64,000 nucleotides of DNA from Elusimicrobiaceae bacterium (GTDB taxonomy: Bacteria > Elusimicrobiota > Elusimicrobia > Elusimicrobiales > Elusimicrobiaceae). The position numbers and the translations under genes were made by a program. This document shows, piece by piece, positions 46,525 through 56,274 of this stretch (position 1 is its first letter; each line of letters opens with the position of its first letter). A model generated the notes under the pieces. It made no database searches. It saw nothing but the letters and a program-made list of their open reading frames with translations, and was not told the origin of the DNA. The stretch covers positions 35,002-99,001 of the forward strand of contig JAZOAE010000029.1 of NCBI GenBank assembly GCA_045595305.1, given 5' to 3'.

Positions 46525-47979
46525 ATGAATTCAGATAATAAGGCCATTTACTTTCGGCGTACGGCTCTTCGCAAAATTGTAGAAGTATTTGATAAAGGCG
46601 CCCTAGAGACCGATGCTTATCGCATTCCCTACGAAGTTATTCCGCAAGATGCCAAGTCTTCGGTGCGTTGCTGTATCTATAAAGAGCGCGCCGTATTCCG
46701 CGCACGTACGCTGGCGGCTTTGGGATGCAGTGTAGAAGAAGATGATGAGGCCACTTCTCTTAACGATTACGCCAAAGAAGCCTTAACCCGTACCCATATT
46801 CCCCAGCACCCGCTCACTGTCATGGATATTGCTTGCCATGCCTGCCGCCGCGCCCGGCATATTGTAACGGAAGCCTGTCAAGGATGTTTAGCGCGTCCGT
46901 GCCAACAAGCGTGCAAATTTGGAGCAGTCAATTTTGTAGACGGGCGGTCTTCTATTGATCCGGAAAAGTGTAGAAATTGCGGGGCGTGCCAACAGGCTTG
47001 TCCTTATAATGCAGTTACGTTTATTCCCGTACCGTGCGAACAAGCCTGTCCTGTAGAGGCTATTCGCAAAGCAGAAAATGACGTGGCGGAAATTGATTTT
47101 GATAAATGTATTGCTTGCGGCCAGTGTTTGGAAGCTTGTCCGTTTGGGGCCATTATGGAGCGTAGCCAACTGATTGATATTCTCCATCAAATCAAAAAGG
47201 GTTCCCCGGTGGTTGCGATGATTGCGCCGTCTATTGTGGGGCAGTTTGATTGCACTTTGCCGCAGCTCATTACTGCTATTCAAAAAGCCGGGTTCCCTTA
47301 TGTAACGGAAGTGGCATTGGGGGCAGATATTACCACCGCCAACGAGGCGCGCGAACTAGTAGAAACGTTAGAAAAGGGCATACAGTTTATGACCACTTCT
47401 TGCTGCGCCGCCTGGGTACAAGCCGTCAAAAAACATTTGCCGGCATTGCAAGAATTTATTTCCCATACTAAAACCCCGGCCGGATATACCGCCGAGCTGG
47501 AAAAACAAAAAGGACGTGTGACGGTATTTATCGGACCGTGCGTGTCTAAACGCGCCGAGGGTATGGATGACCCGAATATTGATTATGTGATGACTTACGA
47601 AGAATTGGCCGCCGTATTTGAGGCAAGAAATATCAACCCTTCCCAATGTGAAGAAACCCCGCTGGATCCCACCATTTCCGGTGAAGCGCGCTACTACGGT
47701 GTTACTGGTGGCGTGGCGCAAGCAGTCGAAAACGCCATTGCCGGTAAAAAAACGTTCAAAAAAGAGACCATTAATGGCCTAGACAAAAAAACGATGGCTC
47801 TTTTGACGGCCTATGCCAAAGGAACAGGAGATTTTCAGCTTTTAGAAGTAATGAATTGCAAGGGGGGCTGTATTGGCGGGCCTTGTACCCTTAAACCGCA
47901 AGCACAGGTGATTAACCCCATTAAGGAATTAGTGGAAAAATCGCCCAAAGTGCCTTGTGCACTCAATAAAAAGAAATAA
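46525..47979 (+). CDS. Monomeric [FeFe]-hydrogenase-like protein with ferredoxin-type 4Fe-4S domains
   Basis: CxxCxxxC ferredoxin motifs (CRNCGACQQACP, CIACGQCLEACP) and H-cluster motifs TSCCAAW, GPCVSKRAE, EVMNCKGGCIGG. Confidence 0.88.
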   Translation: MNSDNKAIYFRRTALRKIVEVFDKGALETDAYRIPYEVIPQDAKSSVRCCIYKERAVFRARTLAALGCSVEEDDEATSLNDYAKEALTRTHIPQHPLTVMDIACHACRRARHIVTEACQGCLARPCQQACKFGAVNFVDGRSSIDPEKCRNCGACQQACPYNAVTFIPVPCEQACPVEAIRKAENDVAEIDFDKCIACGQCLEACPFGAIMERSQLIDILHQIKKGSPVVAMIAPSIVGQFDCTLPQLITAIQKAGFPYVTEVALGADITTANEARELVETLEKGIQFMTTSCCAAWVQAVKKHLPALQEFISHTKTPAGYTAELEKQKGRVTVFIGPCVSKRAEGMDDPNIDYVMTYEELAAVFEARNINPSQCEETPLDPTISGEARYYGVTGGVAQAVENAIAGKKTFKKETINGLDKKTMALLTAYAKGTGDFQLLEVMNCKGGCIGGPCTLKPQAQVINPIKELVEKSPKVPCALNKKK

Positions 47980-48004
47980 TATTATCGAAAAGGAGATGGG
48001 TGGT

Positions 48005-48460
48005 ATGGTAATTTGTTTGTTAATTGTAGTACTTATAGCTGGCGTTTTGATGATTGTTGCATTCCCGCAATATAAAAAAGCAAAAGAACAGCGTGTGAAA
48101 GCAGAAGCTCTACATATGGCAGAAGCTGTCCAGTACCTGGAAGATTTTGCTGCAGCGCAAAAGGCCTATTATGCGCAACACAAAGATTTTGCCGAAGATA
48201 TCGAGGATTTAAATTTTACGCTCCCAGCGCCTGGTCCTGCAAATGCTTTTGAATATATAACCGATATGGTACCCGAACAGGCCTTGTGTGCCCGCCGACA
48301 ATCAGGTGTGTATGAGGGAGGAATGCTTACCATAGCAGTAGAGATTGATGGTACTATTATCAAAGATTGTGAGGGGCCGGATGGATTCTGTCGCCTGGCA
48401 GAATCTGCCGGGTACAAGCGGGGAGCAATTGATAGTATGATCGATGGGACTGAAAAGTAG
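48005..48460 (+). CDS. Non-canonical pilin-like protein lacking the GFTLIE motif
   Basis: MVICLLIVVLIAGVLMIVAFPQYKKA...QKAYY...F.EDIEDL aligns with the other pilin N-termini. ATG 48005 is 9 nt after a GGAG. Confidence 0.65.
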   Translation: MVICLLIVVLIAGVLMIVAFPQYKKAKEQRVKAEALHMAEAVQYLEDFAAAQKAYYAQHKDFAEDIEDLNFTLPAPGPANAFEYITDMVPEQALCARRQSGVYEGGMLTIAVEIDGTIIKDCEGPDGFCRLAESAGYKRGAIDSMIDGTEK

Positions 48461-48491
48461 TCTAATGAAAAAAGTTTTTGTTCCTAATATC

Positions 48492-48520
48492 ATAAACCCG
48501 CACAAGGCGGGTTTATTTTT
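48492..48520. terminator. Bidirectional terminator
   Basis: ataaacccgc-acaag-gcgggtttat followed by tttt. Confidence 0.8.
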
Positions 48521-48524
48521 CAAA

Positions 48525-48758
48525 TGCTAAACCTGCCAAGGATCCGCATTGCAACCCTGGCCATTTGGCGTTCATTCGCGCCTGCGGTCCACAAAAAACC
48601 CCACGCTTTCGCGCAGGGTTTCAAATGGTGGACCTGACAAGGATCGAACTTGCGACCCTGGCCATTTGGCGTTCATTCGCGCCTGCGGTCCACAAAAAAC
48701 CCCGCGCCTTCGCGCAGGGTTTCAAATGGTGGACCTGACAAGGATCGAACTTGCGACC
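48525..48758 (-). repeat. tRNA-linked tandem array, 101-bp period (32-bp tRNA-Ala 3' end plus 69-bp spacer)
   Basis: tggtggacctgacaaggatcgaacttgcgacc at 48727 (tRNA) and at 48626 (exact), with a degenerate copy at 48525. The two spacers differ at 2 of 69 positions. Confidence 0.95.
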
Positions 48759-48802
48759 TCCTGCATGCCATGCAGGCGCTCTCCCAGCTGAGCTACAGGC
48801 CC
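48727..48802 (-). tRNA. tRNA-Ala(GGC)
   Basis: GGGCCTGTAGCTCAGCTGGGAGAGCGCCTGC-ATGGCAT-GCAGGAGGTCGCAAGTTCGATCCTTGTCAGGTCCACCA, 76 nt, with the G3:U70 alanine identity pair. Confidence 0.97.
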
Positions 48803-48989
48803 ATTACATATATAGTATATCAGTTTTTATAATAAAAGGCAATTCTCTTTTACAGTTCCTCACGCTATTCTTAATTAGGAAAGGGCCATTTGTTCCCCTG
48901 GAAACGCAGGTAACATTATCTCGGATCTTACTGGCCGCCATCGTATATTTTTATTGTATAATGAGAATATATATTTTAGGAGAAATTGT

Positions 48990-51791
48990 ATGGCTGCAAT
49001 CGCATTCATAGTTTTAATAATATGGCTCATTGTATTGCAAACAACTGTCAACCGTTTGCAGGAACAAATCGATAAATTGCAAATCCCCGGTGAAAAACAG
49101 ACCCCTTCCGTTCCCTTAAACACAGCAAGTCCATCACAAACAGATGCCCCTTCATCTTTCCCCGTGCAGTCAATCCAAAAAATTCAAGAAACTCCTAAAC
49201 CGCAGGAAGCCCAACCCGCTAAGGTGTATACAACCACACCTGACAAATCCAACAAACCATCGATGGAAATTACCGCAGCGAAATTATTCTCGTGGATTGG
49301 CGGATTTATGCTTTTCTTGGGTGCCGTATTTGGTATTAAATACGCGGTAGAAAATAGCCTCCTAAGCCCTGCTATGCGCGTTACATTAAGCCTACTCACA
49401 GGGACAGCATTGGCACTGGCCGGCTATTTTATCAAAAATGCCAAATACCGCATCACATCCCACACATTACTAGGTAGCGGAATGGCCATTATATACGCCG
49501 CAATATTTTGTGCACATGTGTTTTATCACTTTATCGGCCTAACCCCGGCATTTATGTTAATGGCAATTACTTCCTTCGTGGCGCTAGGAGTTTCCCTTAA
49601 AAAAGACGCAAAATATGTAGGCTATTTAGGAGCTATCATTGCATTTTTGACGCCCATTTTATTAAACAACGGGACAGATGCCTGGATAGCATTTTTTCTC
49701 TACGTGTTTTGTATCAATGCAGCGGCGGCTTATGCAGCTGTTAAAAAAGACTGGAGTGGTTTATTAATTTGCACCCTCTCGTTTACGTGGCTAAGCCAGG
49801 CAGCCTGGTTGTTCCCATTGGAAAATTACAAACTTTTGGGGGTCGTTACATTTTTTTCCCTGTATGCATTAGCCAGCGCCTGGTTGGCGCGGCAGCATAA
49901 AACCCCGTCCGTCATTTCATACGCAGTTGGCGGATTTTTAACCCTGGGATTAGCACTTATGTTACCAACGGCAGCTTGGTTGCCCATCCCAACAGCGGCC
50001 AATCTGGCCCCCACGCTTCTGTCCTCGATAGAACTAATAGGATATACCCTTCTAGTGAACGGATTAATCTTAGTATGGGCGGGGAAAGATTACATATCCT
50101 ATTTCTTCGCACGCATTGCCAAAGTATTGTCTTTTCTAATTTTATGTACCTGGATGTTTAATCAGGCCTCGCATCTACCGATCTGGCTTACGTTAGGTAC
50201 CTGTATATTATTCGCAGCGCTTAACAGCGGTGTGGAATTGGCTCTGTGCTCTAACGGTAAAAAACCGGATGGATTCTCTGTATTTTACCCTGTCGTTACT
50301 ATGGGCGGATTACTAATTTTATCCTCCCTACCTAATCAGGCCGTTACACTGGATTTTATCAGTATGTTTGGAGCCTTCGGATTGTTACTTGCAGGAGCTT
50401 TGATCTTGGCCGCTTTGGCTGGCACGCTGTGGGTAGCCTTTGTCGCCGTAGTGCTGTTATTCCTGTTCCTGTTTATTAGCTTAATCGCAGGTATAGGCGG
50501 ACAGGGATGTTCCTCGTTGATCTTAGTGAGCGGCTTTATCCCATTGTTTTTATGCGCTGGAGTATTTGCTGCACTACGACGTTCTGGGAAATTGACTGAA
50601 ATCCCATTGGAAGAAAAGGGCGTAGGAGCAGTAACTGCACTTACTCCGTTTGTGCTTATTTTGACGGTTATCGCTCAAATCGGACATACGCTTTCCATAA
50701 ATTGGGTATTGGGTACGGCTTGGGTGGTGTGTGTATTAACCGCATTAGCCGCTCGCTTATATAAGACCACTTTTACTCTTCCGGCTGCTGCCGTAGGCGC
50801 CGGTATCGTACAACTGGCTTTGTTGGGACGCGTGTGGGGAACATCCGCCGTTTCGATAGAACTACAGTCTTTTTGGGTAGCCGCTTTTCTTGCATTATTT
50901 ATTGCAATTCCGTTCTTGAGCAAAAAGTATTTTTGGGATAAAATCGGTCCATGGATTGCTTGCGCACTAACCGGGCTGAGTGCTTGTTTGATTGAATGTT
51001 TGCTTTTGGCGGATTATTGCGATTGCAATATGTTGGGGCTAATCCCGGCTGCCTTGTTGGGCATGTACGCTTTACTATTGCGTAAATTGTGGGGGCAGGC
51101 ACATCCAGTCAGTCTTGGGTTTATGAGCGCAACCGCACTGATATTATTAACCGTCATTTTTCCGTTGCAAATTCATGATCACTGGCTATGTGTAGCGTGG
51201 GCGGCTCAGGCTGTTTTCCTAGCGGGCTTGTATAAGCGACTGCCTCACCTCACTTGGAAAATCGGCACAGCTACACTGTTATGTATGGTATCTTCATGGT
51301 TACTATTAAGCGGAAATTTTTCCCCATTACCAACTGTACGCATTTGGAATTGGTATTTGTGGATATACGGCTTAACAACAGCTGCATTATTTGCGACGGG
51401 ATATCTGTGGGAAAAACCAACTCCATGGAAAAATACATTCTACATTTTGGGCGGATGTATGCTCTTTTGGTTGCTCAATATTGAAATTGCTGATTGGTTT
51501 AGTACAGGGAAATATTTATCCTTCAATTTTACCGGGCAATTGGTCCAGGCCCTTACGTATACCTTAGCCTGGGGTTTCTTTGGATTCTGCACCATTGGTT
51601 TTGGGTTACGTTTGCAAAAAAGTGCGGTTTCGAAAGTAGGCGCGGGCATTATGGTCCTTACATTGGGAAAATTTTTCCTATCCGATATTTGGCAGCTGCA
51701 ATCTCTGTACCGTATCTTAGGCTTATTCGGCTTAGCGGTATTACTGATTATAGCGTCGTTCTGGTATCAAAAGAAACAAAAAATAAAATAA
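48990..51791 (+). CDS. Large polytopic membrane protein (DUF2339-like)
   Basis: Pro-rich linker, LFSWIGG..LFLG..F..KYAVEN, about 25 TM helices, C-terminal K..LSDIWQL..LYRILG..GL. AGGAG RBS before ATG 48990. Confidence 0.8.
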   Translation: MAAIAFIVLIIWLIVLQTTVNRLQEQIDKLQIPGEKQTPSVPLNTASPSQTDAPSSFPVQSIQKIQETPKPQEAQPAKVYTTTPDKSNKPSMEITAAKLFSWIGGFMLFLGAVFGIKYAVENSLLSPAMRVTLSLLTGTALALAGYFIKNAKYRITSHTLLGSGMAIIYAAIFCAHVFYHFIGLTPAFMLMAITSFVALGVSLKKDAKYVGYLGAIIAFLTPILLNNGTDAWIAFFLYVFCINAAAAYAAVKKDWSGLLICTLSFTWLSQAAWLFPLENYKLLGVVTFFSLYALASAWLARQHKTPSVISYAVGGFLTLGLALMLPTAAWLPIPTAANLAPTLLSSIELIGYTLLVNGLILVWAGKDYISYFFARIAKVLSFLILCTWMFNQASHLPIWLTLGTCILFAALNSGVELALCSNGKKPDGFSVFYPVVTMGGLLILSSLPNQAVTLDFISMFGAFGLLLAGALILAALAGTLWVAFVAVVLLFLFLFISLIAGIGGQGCSSLILVSGFIPLFLCAGVFAALRRSGKLTEIPLEEKGVGAVTALTPFVLILTVIAQIGHTLSINWVLGTAWVVCVLTALAARLYKTTFTLPAAAVGAGIVQLALLGRVWGTSAVSIELQSFWVAAFLALFIAIPFLSKKYFWDKIGPWIACALTGLSACLIECLLLADYCDCNMLGLIPAALLGMYALLLRKLWGQAHPVSLGFMSATALILLTVIFPLQIHDHWLCVAWAAQAVFLAGLYKRLPHLTWKIGTATLLCMVSSWLLLSGNFSPLPTVRIWNWYLWIYGLTTAALFATGYLWEKPTPWKNTFYILGGCMLFWLLNIEIADWFSTGKYLSFNFTGQLVQALTYTLAWGFFGFCTIGFGLRLQKSAVSKVGAGIMVLTLGKFFLSDIWQLQSLYRILGLFGLAVLLIIASFWYQKKQKIK

Positions 51792-51844
51792 TAAACCAAC
51801 AACGGTTTCCCTGACCAAAATAGGAAGAAAACCTCACCTAAAAT

Positions 51845-51876
51845 AAAATTCCCCGGAACGAAACCCGGGGAATTTT
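51845..51876. terminator. Bidirectional terminator
   Basis: aaaattccccgg-(8 nt)-ccggggaatttt. Confidence 0.85.
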
Positions 51877-51891
51877 GTATCTCTAAAATCT

Positions 51892-52629
51892 CTACAATCC
51901 GTAGGCCAGGCTCTCAATTAAGAAGGAAGGATAATTCTTCGCGCGCATTTTCTCTTGCGTAACCGTGATATCATACGCCACACGCAGAAATGTAAATGTT
52001 TTCTCCTCTGTGTCCCATAAACCGCACGCGGCCCGCGGATTATGATCGCGCGGCTTGCCTACTGCGCCGGGATTAATCACGTAGCGGCACTTGTTTTGCA
52101 ATTCAATCGTATCATTTTCCTTTTGATTTAAGTACATATAACAAGTACGCGGGGAACCCTTGATGTAAAATTGTAAATGCGTGTGCCCAACAAAAAGCAC
52201 CTGCCCTTGCCACATTTGATAATACATATTAAACTGCGCAGTGCTATGAAAATATTCCTTGATGGGATCTAGCGGCGTGCCATGCAACACGGTAAAATCA
52301 TCCCCGCTGGCCGAGGAAGGCAATGTGCGTAAAAAATCAGCGGACGTCTTGGATAACCCGGGAACACTTTCTTCCAAAGCTAACTTGGCATCAAAATTAA
52401 ACAAATTGCCAATTGTGGGAAAAGCCAAAATAGCATCGTGATTGCCCATTACGCTGGCCAAAAGAGGAAGTTGCATCACCTGGCGCACACAAGCCTCACC
52501 ATCCGGGCCGTAACCAATAATGTCACCGCATTGGATAAATGTCTCGGCTCTGTGTTGCTCTAGTAAAGCCAAACAAGCTTGAAGAGCTTCCAAATTACCG
52601 TGAATATCCGAGAGGATCCCTACACGCAT
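51892..52629 (-). CDS. Calcineurin-like metallophosphoesterase (YfcE/MJ0936-like)
   Basis: SDIHGN, GDIIGYG, GNHD, LHG, GHTH, INPGAVG.PRD. Confidence 0.92.
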   Translation of the reverse strand: MRVGILSDIHGNLEALQACLALLEQHRAETFIQCGDIIGYGPDGEACVRQVMQLPLLASVMGNHDAILAFPTIGNLFNFDAKLALEESVPGLSKTSADFLRTLPSSASGDDFTVLHGTPLDPIKEYFHSTAQFNMYYQMWQGQVLFVGHTHLQFYIKGSPRTCYMYLNQKENDTIELQNKCRYVINPGAVGKPRDHNPRAACGLWDTEEKTFTFLRVAYDITVTQEKMRAKNYPSFLIESLAYGL

Positions 52630-55600
52630 TAGGCCTCCACTAAGGCTTCTAATTCTTCTTTTTTCTTGTTTTCTTCGGCATTATTGCGGTCGGCCAAGTT
52701 GACAGACATCACTTTGGATACGCCGCTCTCTTCCATCGTGATACCATAGAGCATACGTGCAGCTTCCATCGTGCGTTTGTTGTGCGTGACTACAATAAAT
52801 TGCGTAGATTTAGAGAATTCTTTAATGAGGTTTACGTAACGCTCTACGTTCGCTTCGTCCAACGCGGCATCTGCTTCGTCCATAATGCAGAACGGAGATG
52901 GGTGATGCGTAAAGAACGCAAACAATAGCGACATGGCTGTGAGCGTTTTCTCTCCGCCGGACATGGAAGAAATGTTTAAGAGTTTCTTGCCCGAGGGCTG
53001 TGCATAGATTTCAATACCCGTCTCTAACAGGTTCTCAGGCTGCGTAAGAACAAGGTCGCACTCTCCACCGCGGAAAAGCGATTGAAAGATGTTTTTGAAG
53101 TGCACGCGCACCTGTTCAAACGTGTATTTGAAATTCTCACGCGTAGTTTGGTTGATTTTGTTGATGGCAGACTTAAGGTCTTTTTTGGCATTATCCAAGT
53201 CTGTCATTTGGGTTTTCAAAAATTCGTTGCGCTCATTAAGGGCATCGTATTCTTCCGGTGCAGTCATATTGACGGCTCCCATATTTTCAATACGCTTGCG
53301 CATCATCTTCACACGCTCGTAGTCTACTTCCTTTTTGCCATAATTCATCTCGGCTTCTTCGGGCGTGATGTTCCAGCTTTCAAAAAGGCTATTAGCCACA
53401 GTGGTATGCTGGCGCCGCGCGTTGGCAAGGGCATTTTCCAAATTGTTTTTTTGAAGCGTTAAATCGGACGATTCTTTTTTGCATTTATTTAATGCACTCA
53501 TTTTTTCATCGTAGTCTTTCTTAAGTGCCTCTAAATCGGCGCGCATTTGGTGCTCGTCGATTTCCAATTTGGCAAGTACGTCTCTCTCGGTGGAAAGCTT
53601 GGCTTGTGTGGATAATTTTTCGTCAGCCAAACTTTTTAAACGCAAGTTGGAAGCGGCTACTTTTTCGCTGCGTTTACCTTCGTTTTCGGTAAGACTGTTA
53701 AATTCATACTCGGTAGATTTTAAGTCCAATTCCACGTTATTTTTCTGGATGCGCACGTCATAGAGTGAGGCGCTTACCGTGTTGATTTCGTTCTTAAGTG
53801 TTTCGGCTTGCTCGCGCAATTTTTGCTGGTGCTCTTTGATTTCCGTAGAGCGTTTTCCGCACGCAGTGTGCCGGGTTTTAATATCGGTCAGCTGCTCTTT
53901 AAGCGTATTAATCTGCGCTTTGCGATTATCTACCCGCAGCGTAATTTCTTGTTTGCGGGCAGCAGCCTTCTGCAGTATTTCTTGCACGGATTTCAATTCA
54001 CGCTCTTTGTTGGCACGCTCGTTTTGTACCGAGTTTAATGCCAAAATGGCTTCTTGCGCTTTGGCACGCAAAGTTTTTAGTTCCTCCTCGGCCCTAGCAA
54101 ACGCTTTTACATTGGCATCTAAAGCCTGGGTCACTTTTTCTTCCTCGGCACTCTGCGCGGCAATTTGCTCTTTAACAGATTCTTCTTCGCCCCAATACGC
54201 CTCAGGTGCGCGGACACTTTCATCGCCGCCACTTACAAAAAACCCGCCATCAACCGTTCCGTTTTGATAGGAATAATTGCCGATGATGTAATCAATTAAA
54301 TCTTCCAACTCTTTTTTATAGGTAAGTTGTTTTTTAAGCGTACCGGACTTTTCTACCGTAGCTTGCGGCACACTTTCCAAAACGATAAATTTCGCACGTG
54401 CCTTGCCGTTTTTTTGCAATAGTTCTATGGCTTTTTGCACGGTAGCGTGTGTGTCACACAACATGGCATCTAAATATTTTCCAAACGCCTCTTCGACGGC
54501 CACTTGCAATTCTTTAGGATATTTGAGTGCTTTGCGAAGCGTCCCTTTCACGCCGGGCAGGTTGCTTTCTGTAATCGTTTTGACACCCACCCAATACGGA
54601 TCGTTTTTGCCCTGAGTTTGGATGAGTTCCAACTTAGCCACGAGTCCAGCGCGGGCCGACTTCACAGAAGACAATTTTTCATTAAGCGCGCTGCGCTCTT
54701 GTTGCAAGTTGCGTAAGTTTGTTTCCCCTTCTACAATAGCTTTATGAGAAAGGTCCGCTTCGGTTTGTTTACCTTGCACACGCACGGTCACTTCTTGCAG
54801 GCTTTCTTCGAGTGCGGTGGCAGCTTTTGTTTGCTCCTGATTTGCTTTTTCGGCAGCAATTAGATCTTCCTCTTCACGTTGCGCAGTAGATTCTTCCAGC
54901 GAAATTTTGTTGGCTACTTCCATTTGCTTTTGTACTAAATTCATCAGTTCGTTGGAAGTTTTTTGCAGCTCGCTCTCAGCGGCACGCAAGTCGTTCTCCA
55001 ATTGTTGTGCTTGAGCGGTTTTTGTGTTATACGTTTCTTGCAGCGGAGTTAATTTCTCCGTAATCGCAGTTAACTGTTCGCGCAGTTTAGCAATGGCCGG
55101 GGTAAGTTCCGCCAAGCGGTTTTGCCCGCGCTGCGCCTCTGCACCCGACGACGCAATTTGCGCGGTAAGTTCGGCCGTTAAGTTATCGCAGTTTTTAATA
55201 GCACCTTCCAGTAAACCTACCTGATACTTGCTGGCAGAAATTTTTTCGTTAAAAGCAGCCGCTTCTTTTTGTTTGTGTGTTAAATTTAAATCGAGCGCGG
55301 CTGTGGCGCCTTCTTGCGCAGAGATGCGGTTTTCTAAGTCGGCCAATTTTTGTTCAATCGGTTGCAGCTCGCCGGTATGTTTAGCAATCAATGCGGTGGA
55401 TTCTTTTAGCGAATGCAACGAAATCGCAATTTCGCTCTCTTTAAGTTCTTCGCGGTATTTTTGATACAAACGCGCTTTTTTGGCTTCGCTGTCCAACTTT
55501 TTAATTTGCTCGGTAATCAAAGCCACCGTGTCGGACAGACGCGCCAGATCCATATCCACGCGCTCTAAGCGGCGGATACACTCCTCGCGTTTGGCCTTAT

Positions 55601-56108
55601 ATTTAGAAACACCGGCCACTTCTTCAAACATTTCGCGGCGTTCTTCGGGGGAAGCCGAGAGCACACTTTCCACACCGCCCTGGTCAATAATGGCATACCC
55701 GCCCCCGCCGATACCGGTATCTAAAAACAAGTCGCGGATATCGCGCAAACGGCATTGTACTTTATTTAAATAGTATTCACTTTCGCCGGAGCGGAAAATT
55801 TTACGTGTAACGGTAATTTCGTTAAAATCCAAGGGAAGTTGGCGCGAAGAATTATCAAAAATCATGCTGACTTGCGCCATGTTAAGCGGCGCGCGCTTGG
55901 CGGTACCATTAAAGATGATATCCACCATGGATCCGGAGCGCAAGGCTTTCCAGCTCATCTCTCCAATGGTCCAACGCACAGAATCAATTACGTTGGATTT
56001 TCCGCAACCGTTTGGCCCTACTACGCAGGTAATGCCGGGCTCAAAATCTAAACGGGATTTGTCCGCGAATGATTTAAAACCGATAATTTCAATAGCTTTT
56101 AAGTACAT
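52629..56108 (-). CDS. smc: Chromosome segregation SMC ATPase
   Basis: GFKSF, Walker A GPNGCGKSN, long coiled coils, MGAVNM.A.EEY, signature MSGGEK, Walker B/D-loop DEADAALD. Confidence 0.97.
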   Translation of the reverse strand: MYLKAIEIIGFKSFADKSRLDFEPGITCVVGPNGCGKSNVIDSVRWTIGEMSWKALRSGSMVDIIFNGTAKRAPLNMAQVSMIFDNSSRQLPLDFNEITVTRKIFRSGESEYYLNKVQCRLRDIRDLFLDTGIGGGGYAIIDQGGVESVLSASPEERREMFEEVAGVSKYKAKREECIRRLERVDMDLARLSDTVALITEQIKKLDSEAKKARLYQKYREELKESEIAISLHSLKESTALIAKHTGELQPIEQKLADLENRISAQEGATAALDLNLTHKQKEAAAFNEKISASKYQVGLLEGAIKNCDNLTAELTAQIASSGAEAQRGQNRLAELTPAIAKLREQLTAITEKLTPLQETYNTKTAQAQQLENDLRAAESELQKTSNELMNLVQKQMEVANKISLEESTAQREEEDLIAAEKANQEQTKAATALEESLQEVTVRVQGKQTEADLSHKAIVEGETNLRNLQQERSALNEKLSSVKSARAGLVAKLELIQTQGKNDPYWVGVKTITESNLPGVKGTLRKALKYPKELQVAVEEAFGKYLDAMLCDTHATVQKAIELLQKNGKARAKFIVLESVPQATVEKSGTLKKQLTYKKELEDLIDYIIGNYSYQNGTVDGGFFVSGGDESVRAPEAYWGEEESVKEQIAAQSAEEEKVTQALDANVKAFARAEEELKTLRAKAQEAILALNSVQNERANKERELKSVQEILQKAAARKQEITLRVDNRKAQINTLKEQLTDIKTRHTACGKRSTEIKEHQQKLREQAETLKNEINTVSASLYDVRIQKNNVELDLKSTEYEFNSLTENEGKRSEKVAASNLRLKSLADEKLSTQAKLSTERDVLAKLEIDEHQMRADLEALKKDYDEKMSALNKCKKESSDLTLQKNNLENALANARRQHTTVANSLFESWNITPEEAEMNYGKKEVDYERVKMMRKRIENMGAVNMTAPEEYDALNERNEFLKTQMTDLDNAKKDLKSAINKINQTTRENFKYTFEQVRVHFKNIFQSLFRGGECDLVLTQPENLLETGIEIYAQPSGKKLLNISSMSGGEKTLTAMSLLFAFFTHHPSPFCIMDEADAALDEANVERYVNLIKEFSKSTQFIVVTHNKRTMEAARMLYGITMEESGVSKVMSVNLADRNNAEENKKKEELEALVEA

Positions 56109-56239
56109 AGGTTTCCCTTAGGATAGTATGTCTTTATTATAGCATTTTCCTATATATGTATAGGGAAAAACAGCAATTTTTTGTATCTACGCGTACTAAT
56201 ATAAAAGGAGTACGAGGAAACCCCGTCTAAAAAAAACAC

Positions 56240-56268
56240 TTGCAAAAAATTATTTTTTTTATTACACT
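56240..56268 (+). promoter_or_regulatory. Near-consensus sigma70 promoter of the small basic protein
   Basis: TTGCAA (56240-56245), 17-bp spacer, TACACT (56263-56268). Confidence 0.7.
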
Positions 56269-56274
56269 AGGGGG

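Noticed and set aside
48525-48758. CRISPR array (32-bp repeats at regular spacing)
   Set aside because: The repeat is the tRNA-Ala 3' end, the spacers are nearly identical to each other (67/69), and no cas genes are present.
56246-56262. Phase-variable homopolymer in the promoter spacer
   Set aside because: The T-run is only 8 nt in an AT-rich region, and there is no evidence of length variation without reads.
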